Below, in pieces: positions 22,527-27,754 of a DNA stretch of 27,754 nt. The translations under genes were made by a program, and so were the position numbers. How positions within the stretch are numbered: position 1 is the first letter of the stretch; each line of letters starts with the position of its first letter. Under the pieces are notes generated by a model, which was not told where the DNA came from, made no database searches, and saw only the letters and a list, made by a program, of their open reading frames with translations. The stretch spans positions 1-27,754 of the IMG/VR virus record IMGVR_UViG_3300020168_000026; one strand, given 5' to 3'. This DNA comes from a virus (taxonomy: Duplodnaviria; Caudoviricetes).

Positions 22527-23981
22527 ATGCCGTTCCCGAATCAGCACGCCGCACGCCAGAGGGACCCCGAAGGCTTCATCCGGTTTCGGATGGGCAAGCT
22601 CCCAGGGGCTCCCGAGTGGCTCTCCGTCGTCTATGGGGTCCGCGCCGATGGCGGCTCCGAGATCCAGTCCGTCCGCGCTGACGCGGCGCGAGTGGGCGCG
22701 GAGGAGTTCAAGCAATGGCTTCGGGAGCATGGGATGGCTCACCGGATCGAGGAGGCCACTGGCGAGATGGGCGAGCATGAGGAGGAGGAGGCCCACATGG
22801 GCGACCACTCCGACAAGCCACACCAGATGGAGATGGCGTACCACCCCGAGATAGGGATGGCCAACCGGGCCGACTTCACCCAGCCCGAGTACCTCAAGGC
22901 CCCCCGGATGCTCGGGGAGGCGTATGAGCCCCACGCCGTGGCCCTCATGGACGGTCAGCGGGTAGAGGTCGAACTACTCCGCACGGGCGAGCACCGGCCC
23001 CGCATGATGGGCGGGAAGCCGCACTCCGGCCCCTCTGCCCTCATGGTCACCGAGGAGATGATCGACTCCCTGGTTCGGGGCTTCGCGGCTGCGAAGCAAG
23101 CGGATCACTATGTCGGCGGCTCGGTCCCCGTGGGCTATGAGCACGACGAGGTGAGCGCGATCCGGGACGGGAAGATCGACCCCGCGGACGTGAAGCGGCT
23201 GGCGGCGGTCTACCGCGAGGTGCGGAAGCGCATGAACGCGGACGGCTCAGCCTCGCTCATGGGCTCGTTCGAGTACACCGACGAGGGCCGAGGCAAGGTC
23301 CGCGCGGGAGAGTTCCGCGGGTTCTCGCTGGTCTTCGCCCCTCCGGGGATGGCGCTGGACTCGAAGGGACGCCCGATCGACGAGTACGTCCCGATCGGCG
23401 GAACCCTCACGAACCGCCCCTTCGTTCGCACAATGGACCCGATCGCGGCGTCCGAGATCAACCCAAAGGAGGTCCCTCAGATGGACATCAAGCACTTGCG
23501 CGGCCCGCTCGCGCTTTCGGAGAGTGCTACGGAGGCGGACGCTCTGGCCGCTCTCGTGGCCCTCAAGGAGCAGGCCGAGAAGGCCGTGGTCCTTGAGGAC
23601 GAGTTGAAGAACGTGACCGCGGAGCGTGATGCCGAGCGGGAGAAGGTCGCCGCCCTTGGCGAGCGTGACCGCACCCTGACGCTCCGGCAGGCTGTGGCCG
23701 ATGGCCGGATCGCCAAGGCCCAGGAAGACCGCTACTGGCGCGTCCTGACCGCCCTCGGCGAGGAGGAGGCCCACGCCCTCTTCCCCGTCCAGAACATCCC
23801 CACCCAGCCGGTGGCGGACGTGGTGGCGGCTCCCTCCGAGGGGACCGCGCCCAAGGGCGACGACTTCGACGCCACGATGGCCCTGGCGGAGAAGATCCAG
23901 AAAGAGCACGGGATCACCGAGGCGGAGGCATTCGTCCGCGCCTGGGACTCCCTGAGCAGCAACACCCAGGCGGAGGCGTAG
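22527..23981 (+). CDS. prohead protease/scaffold (Mu gpI-like) with extra N-terminal domain
   Basis: VELLRTG, VPVGYEH, FEYTDEGRGKVRAGEFRGFS, GGTLTNRPF; C-terminal coiled coil AVADGRIAKAQ. Confidence 0.85.
   Translation: MPFPNQHAARQRDPEGFIRFRMGKLPGAPEWLSVVYGVRADGGSEIQSVRADAARVGAEEFKQWLREHGMAHRIEEATGEMGEHEEEEAHMGDHSDKPHQMEMAYHPEIGMANRADFTQPEYLKAPRMLGEAYEPHAVALMDGQRVEVELLRTGEHRPRMMGGKPHSGPSALMVTEEMIDSLVRGFAAAKQADHYVGGSVPVGYEHDEVSAIRDGKIDPADVKRLAAVYREVRKRMNADGSASLMGSFEYTDEGRGKVRAGEFRGFSLVFAPPGMALDSKGRPIDEYVPIGGTLTNRPFVRTMDPIAASEINPKEVPQMDIKHLRGPLALSESATEADALAALVALKEQAEKAVVLEDELKNVTAERDAEREKVAALGERDRTLTLRQAVADGRIAKAQEDRYWRVLTALGEEEAHALFPVQNIPTQPVADVVAAPSEGTAPKGDDFDATMALAEKIQKEHGITEAEAFVRAWDSLSSNTQAEA
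23481..23981 (+). CDS. putative internally initiated scaffold protein
   Basis: SD AAGGAGGT at 23466-23473, then an in-frame ATG just after the protease domain. Confidence 0.65.
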   Translation: MDIKHLRGPLALSESATEADALAALVALKEQAEKAVVLEDELKNVTAERDAEREKVAALGERDRTLTLRQAVADGRIAKAQEDRYWRVLTALGEEEAHALFPVQNIPTQPVADVVAAPSEGTAPKGDDFDATMALAEKIQKEHGITEAEAFVRAWDSLSSNTQAEA

Positions 23982-23987
23982 ACCATC

Positions 23988-24368
23988 ATGGGACAGAAGT
24001 GGAAGCCAGAGATCCAGTCCTTTAAGACCAACGCGAACTTCTCGGCCAACTCCTGGCACATCGTCAAGTTTGCCGCGGACGCTGATATCGACCTCTGCGG
24101 AGCCGGTGAACTGATGTTCGGCGCTCTCACCGACGAGGTGGGCGAGGCCAACACCGATGACAAGTACGTCGATGTACAGGTTGGCGGAGTCATCAAGGTT
24201 GAGGCCGGAGCCACCGTCACGGGCGGCACCCTCGTTATGAGCAACGCGGCGGGCGAAGCTATCCCCGTCACCACCGGCAACTACGCCCTCGGACAAGCGA
24301 TCCAGGGCGGCGCAGACGGCGAGTTGATCTCCGTCCTCTGGTCAGTCTCCTACTACGAGGAAGGGTAG
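23988..24368 (+). CDS. capsid decoration/cement protein (DUF2190-like)
   Basis: GVIKVEAGATVTGG..VMSNAAGEA...ALGQAIQGG.DGELISV; lies between scaffold and capsid genes. Confidence 0.8.
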   Translation: MGQKWKPEIQSFKTNANFSANSWHIVKFAADADIDLCGAGELMFGALTDEVGEANTDDKYVDVQVGGVIKVEAGATVTGGTLVMSNAAGEAIPVTTGNYALGQAIQGGADGELISVLWSVSYYEEG

Positions 24369-24374
24369 TCTCCA

Positions 24375-25334
24375 ATGGCCAATCGTAGCGATTTCACACA
24401 GGATCGGTTCCTCCAGCGTTACGCGCGCATGCTCGCGCCGGAGGATGGGTCCTTCATTGCGTACAACAGCGCCGCGTGCCCCGTCATCGACGTGGACACG
24501 ATGAGCGGGAACTTCATCGACGTGGGTCTGGGCTTCGCCGCTGAGTCCCCGTTCGACGATATGGTCCTCGGCCCCGGCATGGACCGCCCCAACGTGATCC
24601 GCACGTCGATCACCGAGGTGGACGGGTGGAACCTTAACGAGCGCGCCCAAGGCGTCCTCGTGAACAAGACCTCCCAGAAGTTCGCGATGGGGAACGGTAA
24701 CGACCTCCGCCGCGCGCACACCGCCCGGCTGATGAAGTACACCTCCATCGTCCGCGAGCGTGTCCTCGCCAACCTCGTCTTCAACGCGACTACCTTCTCC
24801 GGCTTTACCGCCGCGGTGGGTACTCAGTGGGACGCGGCTGGCTCGGATCCGGTGGCGGACGCCCTGACGGCTCAGGACTCCGTCCTGACCAACGCCGGGG
24901 TCAAGCCCAACACCGCGATCATGGGATACGAGGTGTACAAGGCCCTGCGGACCAACGATCGGATCCTCGAACTGTGGAGCCGCACCTCGTCCAGCGGCGG
25001 GATCGTCCCCGACGACGCCCTGGCCGCGGCCCTCGACGTGGATCGGATCATCGTCGGCGCGGCGAGCAGCAACACCGCAGCGGAGGGGCTCACGGAGAGC
25101 AAGTCCTTCATCTGGGGCAAGTTCTGCCTGTTCGCCCACATCGTCCAGAGCCCGACCCCGTACACGCCCCAGTCCTGCATCCAGCGGTTCCGGTTCCGCG
25201 GCGCGGGTGACCCGGAGATCCGTCGCTACGACCTCCCCGGTTCGTACCAGGAGCAGATCGACGCGATTTACTGCGAGCAGTTCACGGTGCCGACCCCGGC
25301 CCTGGGCTACCTGTGGTCCTCGGTCGTCTCCTAA
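24375..25334 (+). CDS. major capsid protein (HK97 fold, lambda gpE/Mu gpT-like)
   Basis: QWDAAGSDPVAD, GVKPNTAIMG..VYKALRTN, LDVDRIIVG, FIWGK; size and synteny. Confidence 0.88.
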   Translation: MANRSDFTQDRFLQRYARMLAPEDGSFIAYNSAACPVIDVDTMSGNFIDVGLGFAAESPFDDMVLGPGMDRPNVIRTSITEVDGWNLNERAQGVLVNKTSQKFAMGNGNDLRRAHTARLMKYTSIVRERVLANLVFNATTFSGFTAAVGTQWDAAGSDPVADALTAQDSVLTNAGVKPNTAIMGYEVYKALRTNDRILELWSRTSSSGGIVPDDALAAALDVDRIIVGAASSNTAAEGLTESKSFIWGKFCLFAHIVQSPTPYTPQSCIQRFRFRGAGDPEIRRYDLPGSYQEQIDAIYCEQFTVPTPALGYLWSSVVS

Positions 25335-25357
25335 TCACACCTGAGAGGAGGTAGGCC

Positions 25358-25780
25358 ATGAGCCTTCCAGTTCTTGTAGATCGGGTGTTCCTCGGTGATG
25401 TGACGATCAACCGGTCCCTGACTGTCACGGGCGATCTGCTCGCTCCGCAGTTGGTGACCGAGGAGATCGACGACCCGGGCGATGCGGGGGCCATTCCGGT
25501 GACCTCCTCGGGCTCGTGCATGTTGACCAGTGGCGGCAGCGGCGAGACGCGAACCCTCGCGATCCCGGCGTTCGTCGGCCAGCGGCTGAACATCGGCTTC
25601 GACACGGACGGCGGTGGCGACATCGTGATCACCGTGGCCCAGCCGGTGAACCAGACCGGGAACAACACCCTGACCGGGCAGGATGCGGGCGACCACATCA
25701 GCCTGGAAGCCATCACCGTGGGAGGTGCCTACCGCTGGCGCGTCCTCGCGAATGACGGCTTCGGCCTGACTACGGTCTGA
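25358..25780 (+). CDS. putative virion structural protein (140 aa)
   Basis: SD GAGGAGG; beta-rich, Gly/Thr-rich. Confidence 0.75.
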   Translation: MSLPVLVDRVFLGDVTINRSLTVTGDLLAPQLVTEEIDDPGDAGAIPVTSSGSCMLTSGGSGETRTLAIPAFVGQRLNIGFDTDGGGDIVITVAQPVNQTGNNTLTGQDAGDHISLEAITVGGAYRWRVLANDGFGLTTV

Positions 25781-25808
25781 TAGAGAGCAACGGATAGGAG
25801 CGCATCCA

Positions 25809-26195
25809 ATGGCTCGCTATAAGGTCGCGCCCGGTCGGGCAGTAGGAAAGCAGAACGGGGGCGGGGTCATCCGCTCGGGTGATCCCCTCCCGGATCTCTC
25901 CCCCGCGGACATCGCCCGCTTTCTAGCGGACGGGTCGATCGTCCTAGACGAAGCGGTGGAGAAGGAGCCCCCCCAGGAGCCCGCACCCTCGCCCATCTCT
26001 CCTCCGGGAGGGGGTGCGGACTCCGCTCCGGGGTTCTCGGTCCCTAGCAAGTGGCCGAGCATCAAGAGCATGCCCGCGTATCTGGAGGGCCTGAGCGCCG
26101 CCGAGGTGCGTTTTCTCCAGGCCAACGACCCCAGGGTCTCCTCGGCCTCGGAACAGGTCTACAGGGACGCCCTGGCGGCTCTGGAGGCGGAGTGA
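25809..26195 (+). CDS. hypothetical head-associated protein (128 aa)
   Basis: SD TAGGAG; LSPADIARFLADGSI pattern common downstream of capsid genes. Confidence 0.7.
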   Translation: MARYKVAPGRAVGKQNGGGVIRSGDPLPDLSPADIARFLADGSIVLDEAVEKEPPQEPAPSPISPPGGGADSAPGFSVPSKWPSIKSMPAYLEGLSAAEVRFLQANDPRVSSASEQVYRDALAALEAE

Positions 26196-26398
26196 TGAAG
26201 GTCCGCCTCTTGTGCCCCATGCGTGGGGCATTCCGAGTGGAGGGCGAGCCTCGCCCGGTCCCGAGCCTCCCGGCTGGGGCTGTGATCGAGGTCTCGGAGG
26301 ATGACGCGGAGCGGATGATCCGCCGTCGTCAGGCGGAGGCCGTCAAGGCTCCCGCGCCGAAGAAGGCGAAGAAGGCAAGCAAGCCGAAGGAGGGCTAA
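26195..26398 (+). CDS. small head-associated protein (67 aa)
   Basis: TGATG overlap; GAVIEVSEDDAERMI...AEAV followed by a Lys/Ala/Pro tail. Confidence 0.7.
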   Translation: MKVRLLCPMRGAFRVEGEPRPVPSLPAGAVIEVSEDDAERMIRRRQAEAVKAPAPKKAKKASKPKEG

Positions 26399-26401
26399 CC
26401 C

Positions 26402-26929
26402 GTGCCGTTTAACGCGAGCATCTCCGAGGCCCTCAGTCACGCGCCCCAGGTCGGAACCCTGACCTCCACGACCACGCCCACGAGCACCCAGGGGACGTTC
26501 CTCTGGGGCCGGGCGTATGACTTCATCCGAACTCAGCTCAAGATGGCGGGCGTCTCCGTCGCCTTCACGGCCTCCAGCGCGGGGGAAGGGTGGGCCAAGG
26601 AGGTGGAGTCCCTCCTCACGTCTGGGCGCGTCCTGGAGGCCAAGGGGAGCGTCGGAGTGCGCGCCCAGGGCGTCCGAGCCGCGGGCCAGGGTGACACGAC
26701 GGCCCAGAGGCTGATCGAGGCCGCGATGGAGATGCTCGCGCAACTCCGCGAGGATCGGCAGTTGCGGCGGGTCTTGATCGCAGACGGCGCGGCAGATGAC
26801 CTCCCGGCCTCTCCCTTCGCCAACTCGGACTGGACGGACGGCAAAGATCCAGACTACTCCGAGACTTGGGGCGGGGATAACGTGGCGTACATCCCCGGGC
26901 CGGTGATCCAAGACGCGGAGCCGCTCTAA
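26402..26929 (+). CDS. putative head-tail adaptor (Mu gp36-like)
   Basis: SD GGAGGG before GTG; synteny; helical EAAMEMLAQLRE. Confidence 0.6.
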   Translation: MPFNASISEALSHAPQVGTLTSTTTPTSTQGTFLWGRAYDFIRTQLKMAGVSVAFTASSAGEGWAKEVESLLTSGRVLEAKGSVGVRAQGVRAAGQGDTTAQRLIEAAMEMLAQLREDRQLRRVLIADGAADDLPASPFANSDWTDGKDPDYSETWGGDNVAYIPGPVIQDAEPL

Positions 26930-27546
26930 TGGTCTCCCGCTCACAGTTCGGCGGGCGCGTCGGGGACGGCTTCACGATCACGATGGAGCCGGGGGGCCTC
27001 AAGTTGCTCCGCGGCATGGAGAAGTGGGCGGATCTGATCGAGGACGCCTCCGAGGCGTGGCCCCACGTCACGACCCTGATCCACCGTCACAACATGCGGA
27101 CCTTCAAGTCAGAGGGCGCGGCCACAGGGAATCGGCGCAAGTGGGCTCCGTTGTCCCCGGCCTATGCGATCCAGAAGGCGCGAGAGTTCCCGGGCCGTCC
27201 GATCCTTGTGCGTACTGGGGCGCTCCGTAGTGCGCTCACGGGCGGTTCCGGGTCTCGTGTCCGCAAGACGAAGAAGACCCTCACGGTGGGGGCGAAGGGC
27301 GAGCAGGCGGAGATCGGCACATACCACCAGTACGGGACGGCGTACATGCCCGCGCGCCCTCCGATCAAGTTCGACCCGAGGATCAAGCCCGGGACGCTCC
27401 CCTATGTGGTGTCCCAGATCCTCCAGGCCATGATCGTCGCTAAGCGACGGCAGGCCCTCGGTGCCGACGCCGGGATCATCGACGCCAAGGACTTCGAGCG
27501 CCGCCAGGGCTCCATGCAGCGCCTCGCGCGCAAGAAGACCCGCTGA
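26929..27546 (+). CDS. virion morphogenesis/tail completion protein (Mu gpG-like)
   Basis: KWAPLSPAY...PILVRTGALRSAL...YHQYGTAYMPARP. Confidence 0.85.
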   Translation: MVSRSQFGGRVGDGFTITMEPGGLKLLRGMEKWADLIEDASEAWPHVTTLIHRHNMRTFKSEGAATGNRRKWAPLSPAYAIQKAREFPGRPILVRTGALRSALTGGSGSRVRKTKKTLTVGAKGEQAEIGTYHQYGTAYMPARPPIKFDPRIKPGTLPYVVSQILQAMIVAKRRQALGADAGIIDAKDFERRQGSMQRLARKKTR

Positions 27547-27752
27547 TGCCGATCGTCGGAGCCAGACTGGTCACGGACGCCCTGTATGCGTTCTTGACGA
27601 CCTCGGACAGCGTCCGCGCGTCCTTCAATGACCACCTCGCAACGTACAGGAGCCAGGAGGGCATCTCCATCGACGAACTCCCGGATGTGGTGCAATGGGA
27701 CAACTACGTCTTTTTGGGCTCTCAGACGGACACCCAGAGCCCCTACGGTGGG
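27546..27752 (+). CDS. partial gene, probable tail terminator/neck protein
   Basis: TGATG overlap; MPIVGARLVTDALYAFL... stays open to the window end; function inferred from synteny only. Confidence 0.55.
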   Translation, partial: MPIVGARLVTDALYAFLTTSDSVRASFNDHLATYRSQEGISIDELPDVVQWDNYVFLGSQTDTQSPYGG

Positions 27753-27754
27753 GT

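Noticed and set aside
23247-24296. 349-aa minus-strand ORF
   Set aside because: Shadow of the scaffold and decoration genes.

Overview
A ~27.8 kb segment of a high-GC (about 70% by eye) tailed dsDNA phage or prophage. No integrase, att site, tRNA, rRNA or CRISPR array was seen. Left to right it holds a leftward recombination module (Gp157-like, ERF), a replication module (lambda O-like initiator with internal iterons, DnaB), small accessory genes, three DNA methyltransferases, small and large terminase, a 1260-1274 aa portal-MuF fusion, a Mu-gpI-like protease/scaffold, decoration and major capsid proteins, and head-tail joining genes. Four unusual systems sit on this backbone. (1) Ten copies of a stereotyped sigma70-type promoter cassette (TTGYGN-N17/18-TAYAAM, covarying 5' hairpin, SD GAGGAGAGAG) drive small unknown genes inserted between core genes, together with six copies of a 27-nt covarying pseudoknot-like RNA motif and a terminator family. 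(2) The portal-MuF protein looks like a polyprotein whose cargo domains are each bounded by an A-[ASM]-[AS]-[ED] motif, a candidate prohead-protease site. (3) A Dam-like MTase carries three tandem variable target-recognition-like modules separated by near-identical 59-bp repeats. (4) All three MTases end in a beta-clamp-binding-like QxxLF motif. All family assignments come from motif recognition by eye, not database searches.
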